A stretch of DNA of 64,000 bases from Octopus sinensis (taxonomy: Eukaryota). The stretch spans positions 49,042,001 through 49,106,000 of the forward strand of contig NC_043005.1 of NCBI RefSeq assembly GCF_006345805.1, given 5' to 3'. The notes beneath the pieces were generated by a model. The model searched no databases. It was not told the origin of the DNA and worked only from the letters and a program-made list of their open reading frames with translations. The position numbers were made by a program, and so were the translations under genes. Positions 1 through 12,830 of this stretch are shown here, piece by piece (position 1 is the stretch's first letter; each line of letters begins with the position of its first letter).

Positions 1-135
1 TGAAATCTACGAGGATTTACTATTAAATAAGTTTAAATCTAGCGTTGAGAATTTTATCATTGATAAAAATATTTGCAAAGTGCTTTGTGACTTACTGCAG
101 AACGCGCGGACTATATGCCATTACAACATTATATA

Positions 136-531
136 TCTTTATATATAAAAGTGAGGTTGTGTGCTGTCTGTTTCCTACGATTTAGATTCCTAACTACTCA
201 CACATTTTGCGGTGCAGTTTAACCAAAACCGGGTATGTTATAGTCGTGATTCATATCGAGCCCTTCTGGGTATTAGCGCGCGTCTACGATGAGTTTACGG
301 TTTAAAAAAAAATTTACCATCAATTTTTCCCGTTTTTAATGCATTTTTGGCATATATAAGGGAAGTAACTCTCTAAAAATTTATTATTAAATCTCAGAAC
401 GTAAAAAGCTACAGTAACACTCCCCCTTTGTGGTTAGCCATATTGAGATGGCTATTATACCTTACATCTCTAAAAATGCTTATATAGTTATTTCCCTTAC
501 AAACCCGAACAACGCCGGGCGATACTGCTAG
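136..531 (+). mobile_element. Non-autonomous Helitron (~400 bp)
   Basis: A|TC start (TCTTTATATATAAAA) at 136; 3' hairpin CCCG(504-507)..CGGG(516-519), then CTAG(528-531)|T. Matches the canonical Helitron A|TC...CTAG|T signature. Confidence 0.8.
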
Positions 532-705
532 TTGGAAATAAAATAAATTGTGAGCATCTCGAAATGTCAGCCTAATGGATTTGGGGAGGCTATTGTTTCA
601 AACAAAATACAAAGAACGAATTAGGAATGATAAAATATCCTTTAAACATATTAAACTTGAACATGATGGAAACCGCGTATATGGAATGGGTGTGTAATTA
701 TATAT

Positions 706-747
<42 letters not shown>

Positions 748-1324
748 GCACACACACACATGTGTGAAAGATAGATAAATAATTATAGGTGCAACTAATG
801 CAATTATATCATTAAATAAATATATGCATATAATACTTATATTAACAGGTAGTAAAAATATCTTTTAGAGCTGGTTCAAATATTACGGGAATATTTGATA
901 TTATACTGCAAATATAAGATGCATGAGATTTTGTGGTCCGTGCCACCTTTCTGTTTACAATTTAAGCCTCTACCTAGAATTTTCTTTAACATTTCACACC
1001 TCAACGTAAATATCAATCCACAATTAATAATGTTCGCTATCAAACTTTTTTATTCCACCAAACGTAATCTAAACTAAACTAAACACTTTCAAACTTCCGA
1101 TACTGGTAGAATATGTCACATAAAACAGGGTTTACCCTTAACGTTTTTGACAAAAGTTTGTATTTTAGAAGTTATTTCGTCAGAAGTTACAGAGTGACAA
1201 TGAACAAATTCGTGTTTGATAAGTGCCAATACACGAAACTCTCAGCTGTTGACTTTCTCTCTAACTTCTGCCGATGATATATATGCATATTACAAATATA
1301 TGTAAAAAAAAATCGCATCATGCA

Positions 1325-1520
1325 ATCGAACCAATGAAAGAGCCTCTACCTGGTCGCTCGATACGCTAAAAATAGCAGTCAAAGTATCCCCCTACTTAAA
1401 TCACAGAGTCATTGTACGTCATGTCCTAGATTATCCCTAAAAAACGGTTTGCTGAAGGCTGGAATGTCTTTCATGATAGGTTTGCAGCATCAGGGTTGAT
1501 TTGAGGCTAAATAACAACAT
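1325..1520 (+). mobile_element. Diverged fragment of an interspersed repeat (family D) ending ...GGCTAAATAACAAC
   Basis: Similar by eye to reverse-strand segments at about 41590-41965 and 42115-42310 (GGCTGGAATG(T/C)CTTT..ATAGG / CTAGAAA(T/C)AGCAG motifs). Confidence 0.45.
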
Positions 1521-2069
1521 TATGGTAAATTTCTATTTTAACACCCGCACGATTTTCACTAAGAAAAAAAAACAAAAAAAAAATTATTTTTGGCGTGGCA
1601 TCAAGTGCCCTGACCTCCTAATATGCTGCAAATCCCTTATTTTAGTTCGGAAAAAACGGAGGGACCCCCCCTCCCTCAATCCCAGAAACATTTGGAATTT
1701 TTTTTCGTTGAATGAATTCCTATGACCTCCTAATATTGCAAAATTAGGTTACTTAATGTGAGCCTGGTAACTGATGGTTTTGGGGTGTTGTTGTTTGTAA
1801 CTTTTGGTGAGCCATGGTGTAACCAACAACATGGTAAAAATTTCTGCCATTAATTTGGTGTGCATGGATAATATCAAATAATATAATCACAACATATATC
1901 TAAATTATTTTAATTAAATTAAACATGAAAAAAAATTGAAATATTATCATCATTTACATGGAAAAATTGAAATATTATCTTTCAGTATTTTATAAGGTAA
2001 AATTTTAAATTATCAATTGCACATTATTAATTATCTTATAACAGCCATGCCTGGAAAAATCATGGATTA

Positions 2070-2572
2070 CATGGAAAAATGCGAGCATTAAAAGTAATAT
2101 TCTTAAGATTATAAACCTGGAGAAGTTATTACACCTGTAAAAGTATAGGACAAGCTATTATTTCTAGAAAAGTAAAGAATAAGAAACTTTTTACTTAAAG
2201 TATTGCAGCTAAAATCAGAATTTGAATATAAAGAATTATTTTATTATAGTTTACAAATAACACTATACTTATTTAAGTAGAATTTAGCTAATTTACTACC
2301 TTGAATACAGAAAAAAGTGACTAATTAGACAAACTTACAAATTAGCTGAACAGTTTTGTACAATAAATTTAAAAGATGAGAACTGTAAAGAGTGATAAAT
2401 TAGAAGAACTGGCATTCTTTGCTGCAATATTTTAAGTAAAAATGTTTCTTATTCTTTACTTTACAAGAATTAATAGCTTGTCGTATACTTTCCCGGTTGT
2501 AATAACTTGTCCTGTACTTTTCCAGGTTTATAATCTTAAGAACATTACTTTTCATGCTCGCATTTTTCCATG
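2070..2572. mobile_element. MITE / foldback-like element with ~140-150 bp terminal inverted repeats
   Basis: 2070-2209 is the reverse complement of 2421-2572 (CATGGAAAAATGCGAGCAT...TATTGCAGC). TA on both outer sides; AT-rich 210 bp core with no ORF. Confidence 0.8.
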
Positions 2573-2933
2573 TAATATATTATATGAGTGTGTGTGTGTG
2601 TGTATACATACATACATATATATATAGATAGATAGATATATATAATTCCTAAACAAGAATATTATTGAAATGACTGCAAAGTTTCGGGTCACTAAGCCAT
2701 CGCCAGACAGTTTTCTATTTAATGTTACAAAGCACTCATGTCAGAACAGAGCCACTATATTAATGTTTGATTTTATGTTGAGTTATAATAAAAACAATAT
2801 TACATAAATTTGATGTGTTACCCTATACTTTTGTGGAGTACAAATTTATTAATCTTAAACAAGAATATTATTAATAGTGACTTCGAAGTTTCGCCCAAAT
2901 AAGTCATCGCCGGATGGCTAAACACAAAACACA

Positions 2934-3517
2934 CGAGGTCTGATCAATAAGTATCTGGGCTGTTGCCATGGTAACGAAGTTAAAGCAAACAGAATGAAGC
3001 CGCTTGGCATAGATTGACCTTGAACTCTGGTGTGCATGTGCACTAAGTTTTAACGTTCTGGCTTATATCCGGTGTATAGCGTGTGATCATCGCATTGACC
3101 ATGACAGAGAAAGTTGTCATGGCGATACCTGCTCGAAGGCCTACGCAAAGTTGCAGAAAGTGTATTGAAAGGAGTCTATGAGCCGCACACAAGTGTACGA
3201 GTGGTTCAGATGTTTCCAAGAGGGCCAATAAAATGTCGATATTGACGAACGTTCTGGGAGGCCCGCAACCAGCAGAACTGAGAAAAACATCGCAGCTGTG
3301 AGAGGAAACCGTAGAATCACCATCTGTGAGTTATCAAGAGATGTGCAAATTAGTTACGGTTCAGTTCAGTCCATTATCACTGAAGATTTGGGTATGAGAC
3401 GCGTGTCAACTAAGTTTGTGCCAAAACTGCTTTCAGCTGACCAAAAAGACATTCGGGATTCAGTTGCACAAGATCTCTTTTATTGTGTCGAGAACGATGA
3501 AAACTTTTTGAAAACTT
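2934..3517 (+). mobile_element. 5' fragment of a decayed mariner transposon
   Basis: TIR-like CGAGGTCTGATCAATAAGT. Translation gives QVYEWF..F, ERSGRP and RRITICELSRDVQISYGSVQSIITEDLGMRRVSTKFVPKLL (HTH region plus WVPxxL-like motif). Truncated before the DDD domain. Confidence 0.85.
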
Positions 3518-4016
3518 AGCGTAGGCCACTGAGCGGGTGTTGTGCGGTGGTGGCTGTGTGTGTTTGTGTGTATGTGTATGTATGTGTGTTTGTGCGCGTG
3601 TACGCGTGTGTATGTGTGTGTAGTGAGATGCACGACTACTATTGCATAAGTTCGAGCTTCAGTGAGATTATCTTTATCCAATCGTCTTCCAGTATAGTGA
3701 TTAGTCTACCATTGTATTTAGTAATGATACTAGTTATAATATACAGAACACACGGAGTGGAAAATTAAGATAGACTCAATTGTGAATCATTAGTCCCTAT
3801 GCACGTTTCACCATTACAGTTATTTGGAACTTAGCACTTGGATACGAAACCGTAAAGGATAATCGGTGAACCACTTCGTTGCATTTTGTTACATAGATCT
3901 AAGGTGTGTGTCTTTGTGTGTGCGTGTGTGCGCGCGCACGTGTGTATGTGTGTGTGCGTGTATGTATTTTTAATATATATATATATAATATATATAAATA
4001 GTTGTGTGTATGTGTG

Positions 4017-4063
<47 letters not shown>

Positions 4064-4103
4064 CATACACACAACTATATATATATATATATATAATATA
4101 TAA

Positions 4104-4263
4104 AATATATAAGAAAATAGTAAAGTGTGAAAAAACGACAGAAGGCTTAAATGTTAAAAAATATATATATTTGTGTCAAAATGTCTGGAGAATATTGGAA
4201 AATTTTTTTTCCTTTCCTTAAAATGACATAATTTTAAAATTTTTAAAGAAATTACCGGTTTCG
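4104..4263 (-). repeat. 3' pseudo-LTR of the PLE
   Basis: Near-identical to 8058-8216 (AATATATAAGAAAATAGTAAAG...AAGAAATTACCGGTTTCG). Confidence 0.9.
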
Positions 4264-4284
4264 CGTGTAGCTTTTCAAATTCTT
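4246..4284 (-). ncRNA. Degenerate minimal type I hammerhead ribozyme at the PLE pLTR
   Basis: Minus strand AAGAAT-TTGAAAA-GC-TACAC-GC-GAAAC-CG-GTA-ATTTCTT. Core CUGANGA has two changes; palindromic stem III ACCGGT; GUA triplet. Confidence 0.6.
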
Positions 4285-4421
4285 GTGACGTTATGTTTAT
4301 ATTGCATGGAGCTATCGTTTTGTTTATTGACAGGAGATTTCTAAATAAGGGGAGGTAGTGAGTGATTTCTTCCGGTGTAAGGGAGATAATCGCTTAAAAA
4401 TTTTTTTTCCCTTTTTCCTTG

Positions 4422-6690
4422 TTAATTTCTCTGTGTCAGTATGTTCGGATGGTTGAGTCTGGGTTTGTACTTTTCAATGAAGAATGTTTCCTTGTTCAGT
4501 CTCATTTGTGTTGATGATCCGAAAGCACATTGGTAAAATGGGAAGATTAAAAATTGTGGCAGTATTTGCTTTGCGCATTTCTCATGTGCTCACTAAAAGG
4601 TATCATTCTATATTCTGGGAATGCAATCTGTTGTCGATGCAGTGTGCATCTACGCCTGAGTGATAGTCCCGTGGAACCCACGTAGTCTTGGTGGCAGCCC
4701 GAGCATTTAATAACATAAATTATGTTTTCAGAGGCACAAGTAAAGTTAGATTTGATCTTGAATTTCTGTCCCTCTTTAAAGAAGATTCTGATCCTTCCAA
4801 TAGGTTAGGACATGTTGCACAGTTCGATCTACCACATTTTTTTACTTTTGCATCCGTAATTTTAGAAGACAATTTTGCCTTTGTGAGAATCTTTTTAAGT
4901 GATTTAGGCTGTTTGTAGCTTTTAATGATTTGGTGTATGTTTAGAATTTCTTTAATTGGGGTTTTTATGAAGTATTGTGTAAATTCTGGGTGATGATGGT
5001 GAAGGCTTCTTTGTTTCTGGGGTTGTATGTAGATATGTAAGGTAGTATTTTTCGGGGAAGGTGTGTTGTTGTGTTGAACTTTTCTTAAAGTTTCTATGTT
5101 GATTTCTGTTGCACGTCTGATCCCATCCTCTATGAGTTGAGCTGGGTAATGTCTGTCAATTAGGGTGTTTTTGAGTTCTTGCAGTCTAAAGTTCCTGGTA
5201 TTTTGTTCTGACACTATTGTGCATATCCTTCTTGCAAGGTTGAAGGGGATGTTTGTTTTAGTGTGTCTTGGGTGGCATGAATTAAAAAGAAGGTATTGTT
5301 TGGCGTCTGTGGCTTTGTAAAAAATGTCTGTTTCTATTTTAAGGTTAATTTTTTTAATTAGTATATCCAAGAACGGGAGCTCCTTTTGGTTGTATTCCAT
5401 TGTGAACTGTATATTTGGGTTTATGCTGTTCAATAGGTTTTTAAATTTTAGGAGTTTATATCTATGTTTTCATTCCAGAGAATGAAACAATCGTCTAGGA
5501 ATCGTTTCCATTCTCTTTTATGTATTGAGAGAGGGAGTTTCCAAAGATTGATAGAGATTCCTGGTAAATGATTATTTCCATGTATCCCATTGTTAAGTTC
5601 GCAATGACTGGTGCTGCCCTTGTACCCATAGCAATTCCGGATTTTTTGACGGTAAAATGTATTGTCAAACATGAAGTGGTTATTGTGTAGGATGAATTCA
5701 ATTGATTTAGTAATGAATTCCTTACTGATCCTTTTGGTATTTCTTCCGGAAATTGGTCTAACCAGAACTGTATTGCCTCCAGTCCATAATTATGAGGTAT
5801 ACTGGTATACAAGTTGACTACATCAAATGAAACCAGGATTGTTTCTTCCTTGGTTTTTTTTGGAAGGTGGTTTAACATATCTAAGTCATCTCTGATATGG
5901 CTATCGATATGTTTAAGGAAGGGTTTCAGGAGGATGTCCATAAGTAGACTTAGTCTGTGTGTTTCACAGGTTGGGCCAGCTACAATGGGTCGTAGTTTTA
6001 GAGTCCCCCGGATTAGGTGTGTGTATGTATGTCTTTGGTGATTTTTTAATGGTTTCATTTATAATTTGACTTTTATGATTTTTTGGCAGACCATAGAAAA
6101 GGCTAGGTTTGCATTTAAAGTTTGTTAGGAAATCAATCTCTTTGGTTTCAGTTCCTTTTCATGGGTTTTAATTAGTGAAGATAGAGTTTTCATTATTTTT
6201 TGTGGGGTGTAGTTGGTAATTTTTCATAATGTAGTCTTCATCAAGTAAGGAAATTACAAGATTTCTGTAGTATGATGTATCCATTATTACAACTGCATTT
6301 CCCTTGTCCGCTTCCTTATGGTATATCTTCATCATTTTGGAGTTCTATCAGTTCTTTCCATTGTGTAGTGTTAAAATTTGGGTTAGCTTTCTGTTTATGT
6401 ATAGTATGGTAGGGGAAGTTCTCAATGTGGTTACAGAATTCGTCAAGATCTTTATTTCTTCCTCTGTGGGATGTGTTCACTTTTGTTCTTGACTAGTGAT
6501 TCATCTTCAGTATTGAAACTGTTTGATGCTTCTGCTAGTCTTAATTTTCTGCAAAATTCTGTTATAATTATCCTTGAGTTCATTTAGGTTTGCTCTGCGT
6601 GGAGTTGGTGTAAATTTGAGCCCTTTTGCGAGGATGTCAATTTTTATGTAGAAAGGGTTTGGTTGAAAGATTGATTATCTTCGGTTTTTC
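4422..6690 (-). pseudogene. PLE pol: reverse transcriptase + thumb + Zn-linker + GIY-YIG endonuclease, with frameshifts
   Basis: KIINLS, KGLKFTPTP, LRPIVAG, FDVVNLYTSIP, GIAMGTRAAPVIANL, WKRFLDDCFILW, PFLDILI, IFYKATD, CGRSNCATCPNL, NIIYVIKCSGCHQDYVGST (4675-4725), ETFFIEKYKPRLN. Confidence 0.92.
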
Positions 6691-8000
6691 CTTATTACTA
6701 GGTTCCAGCCTGTGTCCTGGTGTCCCTGGTCCCTGGCTAAAAAATGTTGGGTGTAATTTTGTTTGTATGAGTTGTCTGTGAGGTTGTGTGGTATTTGGTC
6801 GGGGGAGTGGTGGTATTGTTGCCTCCGATCGTTGTGTGTGTGTGGGAATCTATGGTTGTTAATGCTTGTGGTGTGTGTAAAACTTCTTGTATGTGGGATG
6901 TTGCTTGACATAGTGTTTCTTTGCGTTTGTCTTGTGTTTAGTGGGGACCAGTAGTTTTGGTTCATGGGGTAGTAGTGATTTGTGTGTGGTGTATTTCTTA
7001 TCCTAGTGTCGTATTGTGCTGTATGGTGGTTGGGTCTGGTATTAGGATGTTGTTGGTTTGTTCTGTTTTTGGTGTAATTTCTTTCATAGACGCGTCCTCT
7101 GTCAGCTAGTTCCCTGTTAAGTCTAGCGTGGTTTGTAAAGGTTGGTTGTGGGTGATTTCTGTTTTTAGTGTATGGAGGATAGTTGGGGGTTGTTCGTGGG
7201 TTGTTAGGTTTTTCTTTTTTATTTATTGTAATTTTCTTAAGGAAGGGATTATTTGTACCCAATACATTTTTGAAGGTTTCACTATATTTTTGGAAGAAGT
7301 CCATGTTTTTCTCCCAGCGTAGGAGAGAATTTCTCTCTTCTCTCTCACAGGAATCCTTCCAATGATCCAATGTATTATCGAGGGGTTGTCCCTCGGTATG
7401 TTTTAGTATTAGATTGTGCATCTCCTCGTCTATGCTTTTAAGTTTTTCTTCATTTGTGGAGGCCCTGAGCCTTAGAAGCTCTATTTCTGATTTAAAATTG
7501 AACAGAGCTGACTTTTCTCTAATAGATCTCTGTCCGTCAGGCTCGTTAGGAATTAATTTTATCTGGAATTTGCGTGGGAGGATAATTGGTGTTGAGTTTA
7601 TCCATCCCTCGTAGATATCTGCTTTGTTGGAATTTTTATCATGTTCCAGAAGGTGAGTTTTCTGTTGTGCAGGTTTGTATTCCAAACGTTTCCTATTTTT
7701 CTTTTTGTTGGGTTGGTTTGGGTGCGTATGGTGTCCTGCTGTGTTTCATTAGGTGCCTGTGTATTATTTTCGGATTTGTTGATGAAAATTGAGTTCAGTG
7801 TTGTATATAACAGTTGTAGATCCTTACTCACCTGGTCAGTGTAGCGGGTTGCATCTTCATTGCTTTTACTTTCCCGGGCGAGTAAGTTTGATTCCTCGAT
7901 TTTGTTGTTCAGGTTAGAAGCTGTGAATTAATATTTTTCAGTTCTTTGAGTATGTCCTCATTTAAGGTTTTGTCCGAGGTTTTTGACTTCTGTGGCATTT
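6675..8000 (-). pseudogene. PLE upstream ORF1 (~440 aa after correcting two frameshifts); helical N-half, N/Q/H/T-rich C-half
   Basis: Starts MPQKSKTSDK near 8000 and joins track ORFs 7598-7831 and 6675-7685 (IYEGWINSTPIILPRKFQIK...EIELLRLR). Its end overlaps the pol KIINLS start in a different frame. Confidence 0.7.
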
Positions 8001-8057
8001 CGTTCTCACGTGTTTAATATATAGATAAGAAAGTTTGTTTGGTAAAGCACGTGGGTG

Positions 8058-8216
8058 AATATATAAGAAAATAGTAAAGTGTGAAAAAACGACAGAAGGC
8101 TTAAATGTTAAAAAATATATATATTTGTGTCAAAATGTCTGGAGAATATTTGAAAAATTTTTTCCCCTTCCTTAAAATGACATAATTTTAAAATTTTTAA
8201 GAAATTACCGGTTTCG
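8058..8216 (-). repeat. 5' pseudo-LTR of the PLE
   Basis: Direct repeat of 4104-4263; begins at CGAAAC of the HHR. Confidence 0.9.
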
Positions 8217-8726
<510 letters not shown>

Positions 8727-9059
8727 TTTTACGTTTTTCAGTCATTGGGCTGCAGCCATGATAGGGGAACAGCTTGCTTTGTTTAAATCGATCTTATAGA
8801 TTATCAATCAATTACTGATCATTGATATGTTCGAATAAGCTCATTTGATGACACAGATCGCATATGGATGCCGGTCATTATTTTTAAGGCTAGTACTTAT
8901 TTTATCGGCATCGATTTCTCAAACCGCTATTTTCAGAAGATTATCTGATAAACATCGGCTTTATGGGGTCGACATAAATGTTTCATGTGTGGAATTTGGT
9001 AGACGGAAACTGCATGGAAACTTGTCGTGTGTGTGAGGTTGTATGTCTCTGCATGCGTG

Positions 9060-9131
9060 AGTATATAAATATATATATATATATGTATTATGCATGCAGA
9101 CACACACATATATACATGCACACTAATATGC

Positions 9132-9184
<53 letters not shown>

Positions 9185-9343
9185 CGTGGGTGCGTATTAT
9201 GTGTGTATTATGCATATATACACACATGTGCGTGTGTGTGTATTATGCATATATACACATATGTACATACATGCATATTTCTCTCTATATATATTTATAT
9301 CAATATGTGTGTGTATCTATGTATACAATCGTATATATATATA

Positions 9344-9376
<33 letters not shown>

Positions 9377-9466
9377 GTGTGTATATACATATATGTACGC
9401 GTGTATCTATGTATCTATGTATACAAGCGTATATATATATATATATATTTCTTTACTACCCACAAG

Positions 9467-9499
<33 letters not shown>

Positions 9500-9518
9500 G
9501 CATGTGAATATGTAATAT

Positions 9519-9614
<96 letters not shown>

Positions 9615-9697
9615 AATATGTAATATATACATACATATATATATATAATATATATATATATATATAATATATATATATATATGCATGTGAATATGTA

Positions 9698-9737
<40 letters not shown>

Positions 9738-9870
9738 TATCTATATATATATATATATATATATATGCATGTGAATATGTAATATATATATATATATATA
9801 CATATGCAAATATATATAATCATAAATGTACACATACATACATACACAGAGACGCGTATATATATTTGTG
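9060..9870. repeat. Compound (TA)n/(TG)n microsatellite with a repeated interspersed cassette
   Basis: Cassette (GCA)TGTGAATATGTAATATATA recurs near 9500, 9610, 9685 and 9770. Confidence 0.9.
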
Positions 9871-10456
9871 TGTGTGCCTGCTGAAAGCCCCTTATATGAA
9901 AATAATAAATCATAAATTTACACAAATGATAAAATTTAGCGAAATGTATATTTGATATTTATGATTTTTTTTATTTTTATGTTGTTGCATAAATATATAC
10001 ATTTGCTTAACAACGACTTTTTTTTTTTCTGCTAAAGATTTCAAATATGGCTTCCATTTGTTCCATAGTTAAAGCTGTTGAAAGCGTAACACTCAAACCT
10101 GTTTCATTATGTTTAAAAGATTCTAAGTATACCGTCATCGATTTTTGCTTAAAGGTCGATTTTTTTCCCTTCCATGTTTTAAGGTCGTTTAAAGGGTAAC
10201 ACTTGTACACATGGATGAATGTATGAAGAAATATAAAGAATAGTATAGATGTTGTGCTGCTGCTGCTGCTGCTGTTGTTGCTGTTGTTGCTGGTGGTGGT
10301 GGCGGCGGCGGTAATGAGGAGGAGGAGGAGGAGTTACTTTACACAGAGTCGTTATATATCGCTATTAAAACTGGCCTTAAATACCTAATAGTTCAAAATT
10401 TCTCAGAAGCAATTTGGAAAATCGGAGAGGAAACAGATATACATATATGGGTATTT

Positions 10457-10527
<71 letters not shown>

Positions 10528-11730
10528 AAGAACCGAAAAGTACTCTTGAACTGTTGAAAAGGAACCAACTATATATCTAAGTATATATAAGATTACATTG
10601 ATTTAAAAAAAAAAAGGTCATTGCGATAAATGGCATCGTTTTCTCCATCATCGTATTGTGTCTTGTATTCTTGTACTGCTGTGCAATCTTATTGCCATTT
10701 CATTATGTAGAACACAGCTGTAGTTTCAAATATATTAACAGCATCTTTTGTAGTTTTCTTGCTTCTACTTAACACGCAACTGTTTTTGTCCTTTTGTCTA
10801 AATACTTTTTTTTTCTATATAATAGTATAATAAAGAATAGTAAATATGACAATGTAGTTGGTAGAAGGACAATTTCTATTCGTACTTGTAACCGAGAACA
10901 AAGCACACAATTCTTGTTTTACCAATGCTTCCTTCCAATGCATTTTTACGCATTACACGCGTTACAAGAGCAGTACACTAAGACCCGAAGGGCGCAACGC
11001 TTCTTTCAAAATGACAAGTAGCTGTTTTGCTCTTTTCAGTGAGCTATACTAAGTTTTTATGTCGTGGTCAAGTCGCTACATGATTCGTCATTTTTTTAAA
11101 AAATCACTTTCGTAAAATTTACTAACAAAACATCACTCAATTAAGAATAATAAAAAGACCTTGAAGCAATGAATTGTGTATTTTAAAGAACAAAAGTTGT
11201 TCTTTTAAGTGAACAAAATTACAGGTCTCCCAAGACTTTTGCTTTTTTTGTTTTGTATTTCTAGTTACTTTTTCTAACTTAATTCTGTACTTTTTGGTTT
11301 CAATTCCTTCTTTCAATAAATTGCCAAGGGTATTAAATACAACAAAAGTTGTGACTTATTCTCCCTTGTTCATGCCAAAGGAAAAATATTCAAGTAGGGT
11401 GAACTTACTGCTAATTAAAAGAACACGCCTGCTCTCTACTAGCATGTTTGCAAAGAGGAGAGATAATCGCTATGGGTCTTTTCTTTTTTTTTTTTTGCGT
11501 CACCGGAAAATATTTTTTGTTATTTGATTTCTCCATTCTAAGTTCTAATTCCGCCGAGGCCGACTTTGCCTTTCAGCCTTTCGGGGTCTATAAAATAAGG
11601 ACTAGTAGAGCGCTCCTCAAGATTTCAGGTGTTGTTCCTTGAACAGAAAGGATTATTTGAATTCTCCTTCATACCCAAAAGTTTTGAATCAGAAATACAT
11701 AACCCTATCTATTTAGATTGGTTCACATAT

Positions 11731-11894
11731 GCGCATGAGTGGCTGTGTGGTAAGTAGCTTGCTTACCAACCACATGGTTCCGTGTTCATTCCCACTCGTT
11801 GGTACCTTGGGCAAGTGTTTTCTACTATAGCCTCTGGCCGACCAAAGCCTTGTGAGTGGATTTGGTAGACAGAAACTGAAAGAAGCCTGACGTG

Positions 11895-11951
<57 letters not shown>

Positions 11952-12150
11952 TAGTGTGTCTGCGTTTGTCCCCTCAACATCGCTTGACAACTGATGCTGG
12001 TGTGTTTACATCCCCGTAACTTAGCGGTTCGGCATAAGAGGCCGATAGAATAAGTACTAGGCTTACAAAGAATAAGTCCTGGGGTCGATTTGGTCGACAA
12101 AAGGCAGTGCTCCAGCATGGCCGCAGTCAAATGACTGAAACAAGTAAAAG
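11731..12150 (+). mobile_element. tRNA-derived SINE family B (Octopus OR-like, CORE-like centre), full length
   Basis: A-box-like TGGCTGTGTGGTAAG, B-box-like GTTCA(T/G)TCCC, CCTTGGGCAAGTG, internal (TA)(TG)n, tail GAAACAAGTAAAAG. More than 12 copies in the window. Confidence 0.85.
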
Positions 12151-12519
12151 GGAGATATTCCTGAATCAAAATACAATTTCATAATGCCTTTCACAGTGCA
12201 ACTTAATTGCAATCAACAGGTAATTGATATTCTGCTTCAAGAACACCAACAACATTTATTGATTCCCTCTTCAAATTTTCACACTGGCTTGCTGCTGTGC
12301 TCAGCTTTTATACGATGCAGAACGTGTTCAAATTAAAGGGTTTCCACTCGCAAGTATTCCAATTATTTGTTGACAATATGGAATCAGTGATCAATGCGGC
12401 CAAAGTTCAGAAGATATTGGTATCAAATCTATAGGAAAATAGCATATATGTCACTTTTATTTAGTTGCCAAGATCTTAGGTATGGAGGGGTGATAGACAA
12501 AGTAGGACCCCAGACTTTT

Positions 12520-12724
12520 ATCTTTTACTTGTTTCACTCATTGGATTACTGCCATACTGGGGCACTGCCTTGCAGAATTTTTAGTCGAACGAATTGACTC
12601 CCAGTTCTTTTTTTTTAATGTTTATCGATCTCTTTGTTGTCGAACCGCTAAGTTACGAAGACGTAAACACACCAACACCGGTTGTCAAGTGATGGCGGGA
12701 ACAAATGCAGACACAAAACAAAGC

Positions 12725-12768
<44 letters not shown>

Positions 12769-12830
12769 CGACTTGTTTCTTTCAGTTTCCGTCTACCAAA
12801 TCCACTCACAAGGCTTTGGGGTTAGGGAGT
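12520..12830 (-). mobile_element. SINE family B, partial
   Basis: Reverse-complement similarity to 11731-12150. Confidence 0.75.

Larger units (their letters stand above)
4104..8216 (-). mobile_element. Penelope-like element, Neptune type, near full length and frameshifted
   Basis: Direct repeats 4104-4263 and 8058-8216; RT motifs; CxxxxCxxC linker; GIY-YIG; both ends lie in (TA)n. Confidence 0.93.

Noticed and set aside
10007-10790. Protein-like minus-strand frames (KCYPLNDLKTWKGKK…; KKTTKDAVNIFETTAVF…)
   Set aside because: No recognisable motif or convincing splice pair. Could be another decayed gene, but this cannot be supported without a search.
11731-11800. tRNA genes at SINE heads
   Set aside because: A/B-box-like motifs are present, but there is no complete cloverleaf and each continues into a SINE body.
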